The position numbers and the translations under genes were made by a program. The notes beneath the pieces were generated by a model. It was not told where the DNA came from, searched no databases, and worked only from the letters and a program-made list of their open reading frames with translations. DNA of 63,432 bases, the filler included, from Craspedostauros australis (lineage: Eukaryota), in assembly GCA_030167865.1 (NCBI GenBank). It is 13 parts of 13 records of this genome, joined end to end, with 100 filler letters (N's around TTAATTAATTAA, not from the genome) between each part and the next. Parts side by side here need not be neighbours in the genome. Positions count along the whole stretch, not along the records: positions 9,573 to 37,465 come from JALAGF010000370.1; 12 more parts are not named here. One strand, written 5' to 3'. This document shows, piece by piece, positions 24,134 to 35,910 of this stretch (position 1 is its first letter; the number at the start of each line of letters is the position of its first letter).

Positions 24134-25222
24134 TCATTTGTGGCGGATGTACGCCAACGTTTCATTCGCCATTTGTTCGGCCCGGAATCTGGCGTGAAGC
24201 GGATATCCCGTAACAATCTTCTCGGCGTACTGCTCCATGATGATCTTCTGCAACGATGCCTGATCGCAGAATAAATATGGCGCCACGCTCATGAGTTGCG
24301 TCATCTCCCGAATGAGCGGCAGCACGACGGAGATGTGGCCACCCATGATGCCACAATTCAAGAACAACCAATGTGTGAAGTTCTGTTTGAAGCAGCTCTG
24401 CCAAATAGCATTCTGCCATTCGCGACCTTGCTGAGGTGGTTCAAACTCGCTGCCGACAAACAGTTGGTGGTTGCCCTGCATCATCTCGTCGGTCTTAATC
24501 ATGAACTCGAATGGATTGCGGAAAAATTCCACATCGCGGCTGTCCGTGAGGAGAACATACTCCAAAGGATCTGCGGACGTCAACGATGCATTCTTCAGCC
24601 GCTGCTCGAGATAGTCCTGGATGTGGAAGAAACGTTGATCATTCAGTGATTTGTGTTGCACTTTGTGATGTATTGGACCTTGCAACTTGACTTGGATGAA
24701 TTCGACTTGCTTTGTTGTGTGCTTCTCGACGAACCAAGGTTTGTACATGGTGTTGAAGACGACCCCACGAATGTGTGGATATTTGTGCACCGACTCGTAC
24801 CATGCTTTGATGAACAACAAGTTCGGACGTCTTATGCGATTTGCAAATAGTATATCCTTCCTGTGGTTGAAGGCCGTCGTGATCGCAAGACCGCCGTATT
24901 GCCTCTCCTCCCTGATGGGTTGTGTGGTAGCCACGGCGTTTGTGGCAGCGGTAGCGGCTGTAGTTGCGGTTGCGGCCGTGGCAGCAGTATCATTAGCCAG
25001 GCTCTGGAGCTGTGCAGCTCCAGGCAGCCATCTGTATAGCTGCGCCTGCTCCGTGCGTGATATCACGAACACGTTGATGATCGCAAGCACGATGATCAGC
25101 ACAGATTTGAGGTGTGGGCCGAAGGTGAACCTCGACGCCGCAAGGTGTCTGTTGTTGCGTGATCGTGGCTTGGAGCTCCCAGATTTGGCCGCGACAGATA
25201 GCTTTTGCTTTCGGCGGCCCAT
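24134..25222 (-). CDS. Type II membrane GT-A-fold glycosyltransferase-like protein (PLOD GT-domain-like motifs)
   Basis: Basic N-terminus, TM (VLIIVLAIINVFVI), A/T-rich stem, then LLTDSRDVEFFRNPF, FVGSE, FLNCGIMGG, CDQ; start uncertain. Confidence 0.65.
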   Translation of the reverse strand: MGRRKQKLSVAAKSGSSKPRSRNNRHLAASRFTFGPHLKSVLIIVLAIINVFVISRTEQAQLYRWLPGAAQLQSLANDTAATAATATTAATAATNAVATTQPIREERQYGGLAITTAFNHRKDILFANRIRRPNLLFIKAWYESVHKYPHIRGVVFNTMYKPWFVEKHTTKQVEFIQVKLQGPIHHKVQHKSLNDQRFFHIQDYLEQRLKNASLTSADPLEYVLLTDSRDVEFFRNPFEFMIKTDEMMQGNHQLFVGSEFEPPQQGREWQNAIWQSCFKQNFTHWLFLNCGIMGGHISVVLPLIREMTQLMSVAPYLFCDQASLQKIIMEQYAEKIVTGYPLHARFRAEQMANETLAYIRHK

Positions 25223-25738
25223 CTCCAACCGTCGGACGTCCTTCCTGAGCTGTCCTTCTTCGACGTGCACGGTATGGCTGCTTGATGTTGCGATGACTCC
25301 ACTGTATGTTCCGCTTCTGAATTGTGCGAGTGCTGTTGTCAACCTTGATTCCAGGGTACCGACGGTGTGGGGAACGGTCGGTGGATGGGCCAGCGAGTCA
25401 TTGTGCAAGTGGTGAGAGTCTGCGCCAGATGAAGAAACAGAGGATTCACGAGGTCGTCCTGTTGACGTGGAGAAGGTCCCCACACATGTGCCAAACCACG
25501 ACTGCACTCAGCAATAATTTACACCACAGAAACGCTGAGACACTCGTGGTGGGTGAAGAACATGCGTTCGTGACATTGGCGAAACATCTGCAAGGAGTTT
25601 TTCTGGACTGGTTCATCCACTTGGCCGGAAGTGGACTCGCGAGTTCACTTAATTTCTATTTCGTGCACGGGGGCTGTAAGTGGACTCACCGGTCCATTTA
25701 TGGCAAAGCGGACTCACCAGTCCCGCCAAGACACCCGA

Positions 25739-27050
25739 CATTGGAGGGGTTCGAGTGGCCCCAGAAGTTGGGTACTAAGACACACCAGGATGACTCAATG
25801 CCAGGGGGAGCCCCGCCATAGAGACTGGCCTCGGCACAATGGAGACAGTCACTTTCGTGAGGATTAGGGTCTTTCCAATGCCCATGTGACGCCACGATTC
25901 GCTTTCTTCCTTTCCTGTCTTCCGCGCTGTTTCGTCAAACTGTTTGTTTCCTCATGGTACCAACATTGGTTTTCACGTTTTTGCCCAATCTGAACAAAAC
26001 ATTATTGATTGACTGTCCAGATCTCTCTCTTTTTGTATCTTGTGTGTGCCAATCAATGCATGATTCTTGTCTCTTCGTGTTGCTTTCTGTCCAAACAGCA
26101 GCCACTGTTCAAAAATAAGGACGATAATGCCAAAAATTGAGTACTTTGATACGTGATCTACTCGCGTTGGTTTCTTGTGTGTGGCAATCCACGCTCTACT
26201 CTGAACACAACCATTCAGATACTCGTTGACAAGACCACCAATCGACACTGCCTCCTCCCTCCCTCCCTTCCAACTCATCTTCATCCGTGGAGCAATTGTG
26301 TAGCTCATGCAGCAGTGGGATCGAGAGTGAAAGAAGAAGCATGCCACGCCAAGAACTCAAGCCATGCCAACAAACAATCCCCAACAACAAATAGACTTCA
26401 ACAAAACAGTCCCCCACCCTCTCATACTCAGCTGTGCATACTTGGAATTCAACAAACACCCATCCATCCGTCCATCCATCCCTGTCACACCAATGTGCCT
26501 GTAGAGATATCATTGACACCTGTGTTGAGATGTACATTCGTGTATGTGCATCGTTCGCCCGTTATTCTCTTATACTCATGTACGGACGGTACAACTACAT
26601 TCGTGTCAATAGTGAGCTGTGATTTGCCAAAATCACATCACAAAATGGAACACATGAAAACAAACAGAATTTCTGGAGGAAATCTGTAAACAAGGATTTC
26701 TGAGATTATCAGGAACATCGTCTGTCCATCCATCAACAAAACATGTGATATCGAGTCTGGCTTGATATACTTCCCAACTAAACCTCAAATGACGATACCC
26801 TCCCTGACCCATCGCATCATCGATGGAATGTGGAATGACAAGGACCGTGGAATCTGACAGCTGATGTCAACAACATGCCATCGTGTCACCACATTGACAT
26901 CTGTCTCCATATCAGATCAAGAAGGCAAAGATTTGATGACCAAGGGACATCAAGATCGTAAGCATGCCAGGAGGAATACAGTGTGGGTGTATTGGCGATT
27001 ACTCATGGAGTAGTGAGCCAGTAGATAACCAAATGCAGAGTACACATTGA
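25739..27050 (+). repeat. Dispersed repeat nested in the mariner element; inverted copy at 47860-49188
   Basis: Colinear high identity from CATTGGAGGGGTTCGAGTGG through CAAGGGACATCAAGATC...TACTCATGGAGTAG. Confidence 0.9.
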
Positions 27051-27326
27051 ACATGGAGCATCGTGTAGTATGAACATGCAACATGCCATACCGAGAGAGA
27101 GAGAGAGAGAGAGAGAGAATACGAATAACAGCAAGAGAGCATCTCATGTACTGCCTCATAGTCAGAGACCCAATCTATGAAACAGACAAACGTGCCAAGA
27201 GCATCAGGCAAGAGAACAGACACTGAGAGGATTGGAGTGTCAACGTAATGAAATAGCAAACAGAACAACTATCAACCAACACAGTCTTCCACGATTGTAG
27301 GGTTCCAATCACGGAACTTGCCAACA
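26500..27326 (+). repeat. Putative LTR-like segment ending GGAACTTGCCAACA
   Basis: 5' part similar to 43891-43998 (which starts TGTTGG); 3' part similar to 52390-52472, with similarity stopping at CCAACA; no clean TSD; left boundary approximate. Confidence 0.5.
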
Positions 27327-27327
27327 T

Positions 27328-28518
27328 TCCTCCACAGCCAACCACAACTGGGCTATAGAGCTCTGGGTGTTCTGGGAGTCTACAAAGAAATTCCACAAGG
27401 TCCAGGTCATTTTGGTCCACATGGACAAGAAGTGGGTTTGGTCTATCGTGGTTCAGCAGAACCTCCAACTGATTCCTGCCTTGGGAATTGAACCTGTGCA
27501 ACATGGGGTGCACCACAAATGCCAGTTGGACAAGCTGATGGTATTTGCATCCACAGCATTTGTGCCCAAGAATATTTGTATTGTGGAAGGAGGTGATGCA
27601 TATCTGGTCAGCTTTGAGCGTGTTGGTTGTTTCATGCCAGCGCAAAAGGGATATTACCGCCATGTCTATCAATATGATGGTACATATCACTACCCACCAA
27701 TCCCTGAGAACATTCTCCATGCGAAAGGTGAGATGTACTTCCACAATCTTGAGATCACTGGAAACAAGGAGATGGTGGGGAAGGCGAAGTACAGCCTGAA
27801 GAAGTACTTTGGGGAGAAGGAGATCCCGTCATTGGATAGGATAGCTCTGCAAATCGCAGACTCAACCGCGAGAAAGGCGGGAGTACACTATCAAATGGAC
27901 GGAACAGGTCCACATCAAGATGGAGAATTGCAAGAGTTGCTTGGAACCGAATTCGGGCGCCGAGGATGGCATTTTTGGAGACAGCCACCCAACTCACCCA
28001 TCACGAATGTGAAGGACGACTGCGTCTTTCCAGCTATGTCTTGGCACATCTTGGGTCAGCAAGGTATATCGAAAGGGAGTCAAGTTCTGGCTCCAGACGA
28101 GATCTGAGATGCAGCATTACTCTGATGGAAACAATTCCCTCTCACCAAAGTTTCCCAGCCGTACGTGCGCCATTCCCAAGTGGCTTGCGCACTTGTAAAA
28201 TACAAGGGAGGTGATCAATTTGTTCGTGAGCATGGGGGCAAAGATATGAATGTTCGGAAATGTTGCATGCCAATAGCCAACAAACAGGGCAAGCCAGCTG
28301 GGGTAGAGGTTGTGTCTGCCATCATGGTCCTTGATGAAGATGATGAAGAAGAGATGGGAACACCATTGACATCACCGAAAGAAAAGACTGAATGCGCGCT
28401 CAAATATCCAAAACCGAACGTGCAACACTTTCACTCTGACATGGTGGGAAACATGGATCTATCCGAAATCAAGTTCATGGTGGACAACCTTGAAGGCGAA
28501 CAAGAGAAGAAGAAATGA
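27328..28518 (+). pseudogene. Mariner-like DDD transposase pseudogene (5'-truncated, internal stops)
   Basis: VHMDKKW, YQMDGTGPH, QPPNSPITNVKD resemble plant-type mariner motifs (VHIDEKWF, QQDNARPH, QPPNSPDLNVLD); in-frame TGA at 28105-28107 and a second stop shortly after. Confidence 0.8.
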
Positions 28519-29013
28519 CTTGCCAAACTCTATGATACCCAATACGAAGCAACGCAGAAAGCCAAACGAGAAATGATGAACTTGAAACCCAACCGCAAAC
28601 GAGCAAAGAAGCAAACTGAACCCAGACGCACTCCTATGCAGGTACCTGAGATCTGCAAAAACGAAGGCAGATGCACTATGAAGCTGTAACTACACAATTT
28701 AGAAGCATTAATTTCATAATGGTAGGGTTGGTCAAGTCAAGGAGTCAATCGATTGTATTGGGCAAAGTGATGATGGCAGCCGACTTGTGTTTCGTGAGGG
28801 CGAGCGTGGAAATGACATTTGCTGAGTCGGGGATGTTCATATCTCAAAACAAATGGAAAAGTTGAATTACCGGAGGCCCAAAAGAACTGGTTGTGGCAAC
28901 AAAAAACTCTCATTCGGCAACAAACAGCGTTACTGTGTTGTAAATTATTGCTGGGCGCAGTAGTACAATACCATACTCGTAAATAACATATTATACTTTA
29001 CCAACCCCATCCT

Positions 29014-30603
29014 TCAGCACACTCTGGTCAGCGGACAGCCAAAGAAAACTTCCTCGACGCGATGCCATGACCTATGCCGGCCCATGGCAATTTGCCATCC
29101 CGCCTGCGCGATTCGGGCACGCTCTGTGTCATGCTCCAGGTAGTGCAAGATCAGACGCTCCAATTCCTGCACATCATGGAAGAAGACGATCGAGGTTTCA
29201 TTCTCCAAACCCCTCGGAAGCGTGAGCATCGTATCGTGCAACACCATCGCCCCACCGCTCAGTGCCTCCATCAATCGATAATGATCTTCCCACGCGTCGC
29301 GCTGCGAGACGACGACGATCTTGGACGACAGCAAAGCCTGGATGTAGTTGGACTGCGCGGTGTTGCGGCCCGTTCCATATCGTGCACCTTGCGTGCCGAT
29401 CATGATGCGGGCGTCCGACAGCGTTGTGTTGCTCATGGTCTGAAGGGCGCGCGACACATGCTGCCGGAACCTTCCGAAGTTGCGCGCGTCGTCGACTTCC
29501 CAGAAGTGGGCGACGTCGATGGGGCGCTGAACGACAGGCAGCGATGGACAGGAATGCGTTGCGTTGCTCATCACCATCTTGACGACAGGGTCAATCTGCA
29601 GATCCCTTTGCCCAGATCCTCGTGCACGAGACGCATCCAACTGTCCCAATTCGACTTCCATCTGCTCCACGACGTCGCTGCGCACGGCGTAAGTCATGGG
29701 AATGACGCGGCCCGGCGTCGCGGCGACCAATCGCTGCACGGGCGTTGCATCCACCTTGCCGCGCGTCAAGAGGCTGGTTGTACGATCAAAGTACCGACCC
29801 GTCACAATGGCCCGCACCGCCACGCGCACGCGGCGCAGCTTCGATCGGTTGCTGACATTGCCCAACTGGAAGGTCTGCGGGAACTGCGGCTTGAGATGGT
29901 CGGAATAATCAAAGAATAGCACATGCCAAGCGCGCTCGACACTGAGGTCGATCACCTTTTGGATCTTGCGGATGTGATGGTCCTTGTAGGATTCGGACAG
30001 CGGGATGGCCCAGACCTGTACCGTGGTGGCATTGAGGATGTGGTTCATCGAACAGGTCGTGGTGTTGGAGAGCTGGCACAGGAACTCGAGTTTGAGGTAC
30101 TGCGATTGCCGTATGCCGTCATAGAAGAAGTGGAACGTCTCACCCTCCAACCGCTTGGCATACATGAGACCAACGCGGACCGGTGCGGATGTCTCCGGCA
30201 CGACGTCGAGTAGCGAATCATGCTGCGCGGGGGAACAAGCGAAGCTTGATGACGGTCCCAATCCTTGCTTTGCAGTCGATGCGATCATATCGTGTCGCTG
30301 TGTCTCTGCTCCCAAAGAGTGTGCGTCGTTGGACTTCAGATCGTCCGTCTTCTTCCGATCCCCAAGACCGCCGTGAGCACCGCCGTGAGCACCGTCGTGA
30401 GAACCGTCGTGAGCACCGTTGGATTTGACAACGACATCGTCATGAACGGAGGGAGGTTGGAAGGTCAGATGCTCTTGTGCGATCTGCTGTTCCGCGCTGT
30501 GCTGAAATCGGCCGTGATACTGCAGCGTGTAAACAACCACGATGACAAGGACGGTGACAATGAGGATCTCCCTGCGTGCGTTCCTCTGCTTCGCCAATAC
30601 CAT
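29014..30603 (-). CDS. Type II membrane glycosyltransferase-like protein with C-terminal Glyco_trans_1_2/CgeB-type domain
   Basis: N-terminal TM; C-terminal YRLMEALSGGAMVLHD...ELERLILHYLEHDTERARIAQAG. Confidence 0.75.
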   Translation of the reverse strand: MVLAKQRNARREILIVTVLVIVVVYTLQYHGRFQHSAEQQIAQEHLTFQPPSVHDDVVVKSNGAHDGSHDGAHGGAHGGLGDRKKTDDLKSNDAHSLGAETQRHDMIASTAKQGLGPSSSFACSPAQHDSLLDVVPETSAPVRVGLMYAKRLEGETFHFFYDGIRQSQYLKLEFLCQLSNTTTCSMNHILNATTVQVWAIPLSESYKDHHIRKIQKVIDLSVERAWHVLFFDYSDHLKPQFPQTFQLGNVSNRSKLRRVRVAVRAIVTGRYFDRTTSLLTRGKVDATPVQRLVAATPGRVIPMTYAVRSDVVEQMEVELGQLDASRARGSGQRDLQIDPVVKMVMSNATHSCPSLPVVQRPIDVAHFWEVDDARNFGRFRQHVSRALQTMSNTTLSDARIMIGTQGARYGTGRNTAQSNYIQALLSSKIVVVSQRDAWEDHYRLMEALSGGAMVLHDTMLTLPRGLENETSIVFFHDVQELERLILHYLEHDTERARIAQAGWQIAMGRHRSWHRVEEVFFGCPLTRVC

Positions 30604-31040
30604 CAATGCCAGGAATGCCAGTAATGCATGCGGAGAAGAGAGCCAAGGCCATGCTATTGGTGCGAGCTATTGCGTATCGTGGAGCACTGATGGTACCCCT
30701 TGGGCAGTTTTGTGTTGTTGTGGCAGAGTTTCTGCTTCCTCTTCTTTGTGATTGTTTTTGCGCCTGTTTTCGTGGCTACTCATCGTCGCGTTTTGCTGTT
30801 GCGAACCCAAAAGTTGATTCCAACATGTCGCAGCCATCCTTCTCCGCCTCAATTGATCCACCCAGGCCCAACCTAGCCCAACCCAATCCAACCCAACTCA
30901 TAGACAGAGCACGTATGTATTATACTCCATGTTCTCCACTCTAATCCAAGTGCGTGAGGATAGTATTATATCATACAATTTAAGCAATTCTCTCTACTGC
31001 ATTGCTCCTCACTCTTATCGCATCTTCCGCAGAGTGCTTT

Positions 31041-34000
31041 TTAGTTGTCATCCTCATCGTCATCATCGTCATCATCGTTGTCGTTATCGAGAATGATGGG
31101 TGCGTCGACGTGATCGATGTCGGCTTGGAAGTTGACGACCCGACCGATACCGCGCGGTTGGTCGTCGCGCAACGTCAGCATCAGGTTGCCGGAGGATGCC
31201 TCCAGGAAGGCGTTGACGAAGTTGGTCGACTTCTCTTCGTCCTGATCGTACGAGAAGACGCTGAGATCGACGTGCTTGCGGCCGTCCCACACGACGACGA
31301 CGCTGCCGGATTCGTACAGGGATGCCACGATGCATCCCTCCATGTTGTCGTCGGTTTGCGGAAGCGCGTCACGGATCTCGGTGCCGGCCTTGGATACGGC
31401 GGAATTCAAAGCGCCGGCAAGCATGACTGCCGACACGACCACATCGTCACTCTTTGCTTCGAGCTGGAACACCGAGTGTCGGCCCAGCGGCTTTTGCTCC
31501 TCGTACTGCTGCAGTGCTTCGCTTGGGTCGTAATCGCCCGGCAGGTACTCACGTGGATTGTACTTGTCCTGCCACTGCCACTTGCCTCCCTGCAGCTTAT
31601 CAGCCTCGGCATCCAGGCCGACCGTCTCCTTCATGGTGGCGATCAGATCACCCAGGTGCAAGGTGGATTCCTTGTCTCCGATGGAGAGGATGCCGAGCTC
31701 GACGGAGCTGTCGCCGTCGAAGAGCTTGACCTGCGCGCGGCTGCTTGGATCGTTGTGATCGTCACGACGCATCTTCTCCAGCAGGCCTCTGCGCCATATC
31801 TCCGCTTTGTCGTCCATGAAGGAAATGCCGATGTAGTGTCGGCTCAGCAGGGCGTTTCGGTTCTTGGGGCTGCTCATGATAGAGAAGATGATCTTCGCGG
31901 TCTCACCCGTTGCGTTATCATCAATGATCAACGCAGTGATGGCAGATTCATCAACCTCCGCCAGGAGGTGCTTCGTCATGCTCTTCTCGCAAGCATACAT
32001 GCTGGCCGATCTCACTTCCACCGGTCCCGTGGTGTCAAGTCCGTCGCAAGAGTACAGCGTGACGACCTCGTTGATCTCTTCTCGCTGCATCATCACTTCG
32101 CGACTTGTGCATGGCTCGTCCTTGGATCCGCACAGGACAAGAGCCACGCCATCTTCCGCCCACAGCATCTTCTCGATCGTGTGGCTCAGGGCCTTGTCGA
32201 TAGTATCCTTGTCGATGGACTTGATCTCCTTCGCTTCTTCAGCGGCGATGTCGCAGTTGCGGCTCATGGCGTTCATCTGCGGACCCATGGTGCTCTGGTC
32301 TTGCTTCCATTCGGGGTATCCGAACATTCCGCCAACCACGATGCGGTAATTGGGGTGCGATCCCTTGGGACTGCCGGACAGGGCGATCAAGGCAGCGCGC
32401 AATGCCTCGAACTTGTTGAATGCGCCCCACAGGTGAGCATCGAACGCGACGTAGTTGTCTTCCTTCCAGAGTCGTGCCATGACGTATCCCTCCTTGAGCG
32501 GGATGATGAAGGCGTTGTCTGTTGTAGCCTTCGCAGCACCATCGACGGGCGTGAGTCCGACCTCTTCGACCGCCTTGATGACAGCATCCTGGACTGTGGC
32601 AGTGGAGGAAAGATCGATGGTGACCTGTTCGGCATCGATCACCATGAGCTGTCCTGCGGCCTTGGTCTGGTCGACGAGTTCTGGTTGCGGGCGGAGCTTG
32701 CACTTGCCTTGTTCGGTGGCATTGTTTCTGCGGTAGTCGTGAACGAGCTTGAGGCGGTCCAGGTCCTCGACGATTGGATCCAGCAGCTTCATCTCGATTC
32801 CGTGGTCCTTCGGCGGGAGGTGGAAAAAGTCCTTCTTGTTGCTGCCCAAAATCATGGACTGCGCACAGATGAGCGGCACGTCGTTGACGTGGATCTCCGC
32901 GGTGTAGTCGAAGATCTCGGACATCTTGTTGTGGTAGAATTCGTTCTTGACCATCACACCATCTGGCTTGAGGTAGAGAGACAGAGCCTCCAGGACATCG
33001 AGCTCGTCCGTCACGGTGAGAGAAGTGACGGTTTCGGAAAGATCGACAAGGACCATGTCGAAGGAGGCGGCATAGTCCTCCGGCAACAAAAGCAAACTCT
33101 TGGTGGCATCGCCGAACCACCATTCGACGCGATCATCGTCAAAGTGTGGCTGCGTGTGCATGCGCTTGAAGACATGACGCGTGACCTGCTGATCGATCTC
33201 CAGACCGACGACCAGCTCAAGCTCTGGGTATTTGAGGACTTCGTCCAGGATCATGGAGTCTCCGCCACCGATGAAGATGACGCGCTTGACGTTATCGACG
33301 TACTTGGCAGGGTAGTCGACGATGTACTCGTGGTAGTGCGGGCGGTAGTTGGAGCAGATCTGGATAGTGTCATCCAAATCCATGCAGACGTTCTGGTCCG
33401 AGCGACGGACCTGGTAATTCATGAGCTGGTAATGCGTCTGTCTGACGAAGGTGAGATCGTATCCCTCGAATTGCATGAAGGTGTGGATGTCGCAAGAGTT
33501 GGTGCTGTAATTCGTCGTATCCTTGTCATCTTCGAGGTCCTCGTAGGTGTCACCGACGACGCAGACACCATCGACAACATTTCCATCGAGGCATGCCTTT
33601 TCGTAGTCGCCATCGAAGTGTGAAATGAGTGCTGTCTTTATCGCGTCGAGGAATGCGGCATGCAACGCCCAGGTGAGCTTGAGCTCCTTCTCGGGGATGG
33701 CGTTTTCTCTTTCGTCGCTCCATTGCAGATTTCCAACGCGTTCGAGGCGCTGAACTTGCTTGCGAAGGAACTTCACTTGATGGACGTCGAGCTTGGGAAA
33801 GAAATAGTTCTTGTTGAGATCGTAGAAGGAGACTTTCACTGTGCCCGTCTCCTCCTCCTTGCTGATATCGATTCTGAACTTGCGATCGTGGAATGCCCAG
33901 CGTTGTGGGAAGTCCTCGATGAAACCATAGTCGCGGAAGAGTTCTGCGGGAAGGAACGATCGAGTAGATGATTTTCATTGGCGTTTGTGGTGTTTGCAAT

Positions 34001-34949
34001 GTTTGCGGAGGTCAAGATTGAGGCGGATGAGAATGCGGTGTGCGCGTGATGGTAGAAACGAAAAAGACATGGTCAGACTCATGGCAAATGCAAAAGATAG
34101 ATATGGGATGTATGCATGTATGAAAAGAGCAACAGAGTGCTCTTTGCATATCCGAGATCATTGCATCCACTCACCCGGAGTTCCGTAGACAGTATCACGC
34201 CCGCCGCATCCAGCGCAGAGGTTGTAGCTGGTGTGAATCGGTTGGCCGGCCTCGATCGGCTTGGTGGCGATGAGATCGTACTTGACCCCGCGCACGGACT
34301 CGCCGTCCGCATTATGCCATGGCGCGTTGCGATGGTTGTACATGTCAAAGAGTGGAATCATGAGGTCGTCGTCGGCATTCTGCACGACCATGAGAGCGAT
34401 TCGTTCTTCGAAAGGCGAGTGACCACCGCCGCAGGAGTTGTACCAATCATCCTCCAGCCAGCTGAAGAGATCGGTTGGTGGCAGATCTCCCACCACCTCC
34501 GTCAAAAACTCCACTCCGCCATCCGACCATGAGGACGGAAGATCGCCTTCTGGCAAATCCATGAGGTACTGGACGTATTCGTAATAGGTGGATTCCTTGC
34601 CCTTTTGGATTTCCGAAATGAGGTTGCGCACCAGGTCGCAGTTCAGTGGCACGGGCTCCGGATCCGCAGACGGCTCGCCGCCTTCACCAAAGGCCGTGAT
34701 GATGATGGACCATGGCAACGAGAACAGAACTTCGCCTTTCTCGATGCGTTCCGTCGCGAAGACACCTTCGTGTTCACCATCGTCGCCGCGGCGGATCTCC
34801 TGCTTGTTGGAGAAGAAGGCGCCCTTCTGACCGTCCACCCACTTCAGGAGGTTGTCCACGTGGACCTGCGATTCCGAGGAAGCGCTGGCGAACGATTGCG
34901 CGAGAATCACCGACAATCCCACCGACGAAACGATCGGTGAGAGCTTCAT
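31041..34949 (-). CDS. Signal peptide-SET domain-aminopropyltransferase (spermidine synthase-like)-AdoMetDC-like multidomain fusion, ~1225 aa; exons 34949-34175 and 33943-31041
   Basis: SET: GVFATERIEKGEVL, MIPLFDMYNHRN, PIEAGQPIHTSY, LFRDYGF. APT: YHE, RVIFIGGGD, GLEID, RVEWWFGDA, FDMVLVD. Two AdoMetDC-like segments (GQLMVID...LKEGYVMARLW...AFD; LGRHSVF...YESGSVVVVWD). GTGAGT...CAG intron gives TPELFRDYGF. Confidence 0.88.
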
Positions 34950-35910
34950 CTTGCGTTGCTTTCTCTCTCTCTCTCCGAAGACTATTGCTTTCGATCCCTT
35001 TCTATTGCTTCTGTTGTGCTCTACTGCGTTGCTCTGCTTGGATCTGGATTGCAGATACTACTGTGCTCTGCAACGACCAAGGGCAATGTTGCAATCCGTC
35101 CGAACTTGTGCTGTTGGAAGGACGAGATGGAGCGGAGTATGATTGATTTCGGTTTGTGTTGCTTGGTGGAGGGAGTTTCATGCTGTGCTGCGCTGCCATG
35201 TGTTGCGCAGAGCATGGTGTTGCATTGGTGTTGCATTGGGTTGCGTTACTTTTCCGAACAGTTTCCTTTGGTGGTGTGTTGTGTTTCTCAAAGACGAATG
35301 ATCGGGAACGCGAGATCTTAATTATCCCTATCGTCTACTTCCAAAAACCATGAATCTTGAAAGCTTCTTTCACTTGGAACGCTCGAGATAATCAGTTCAA
35401 CGGCCACAAATCTCAACGGATACATCTGCCTTGCTCTTTGGCGCGCGCCATGTGTATCGTGAGAGCGTGGCGATGTGCGCAACAAAACAACACGCATCAT
35501 CATACTCTCCTCTCCACTCATCTCATCAGCTCATGCTATGTTTGCACACTCCATGCTCGTAGAGTACCAACCATCCTGCCCCTGCGGACTATTATACTTC
35601 TGTGCAGGTGTGAGCAAGCACCTGCTGAAAGGCAAATCTCTCTTCCACTTCAGGGCCCCTGGCTCACTGGCGTAACAACGGATCATTGGAATGGTGCTCA
35701 ATTGAGGAACCCTCCGTTTTGTGAATGTAATGTATGCTCTACTGATATGTATTCGTATAGATCTGACTCACGCTCTCCATGTTCGTATTGACGAGCAGCC
35801 AACGCTCTCTTCGTATTCGATGGGGAGGAGTTATGCAATGGATTCCGCCGCTTCTTGCAGACGCGCTTGCACCTTATCAGGTATCGTGTCCGAATGATGC
35901 GCTTGCTTGT

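Larger units (their letters stand above)
25502..28960 (+). mobile_element. Decayed Tc1/mariner-superfamily DNA transposon with ~36-bp imperfect TIRs
   Basis: Left CTGCACTCAGCAATAATTTACACCACAGAAACGCTG (25502-25537) matches the reverse complement of 28925-28960; TA follows the right end; internal transposase remnant. Confidence 0.8.

Noticed and set aside
4075..27118. (GA)n, (CT)n and (AC)n microsatellites at about 4075, 6045, 12323, 15913 and 27093
   Set aside because: Ordinary short simple repeats
31002..33623. 873-aa ORF on the + strand
   Set aside because: Antisense shadow of the SET-APT fusion caused by codon bias; non-ATG start and no recognisable motifs
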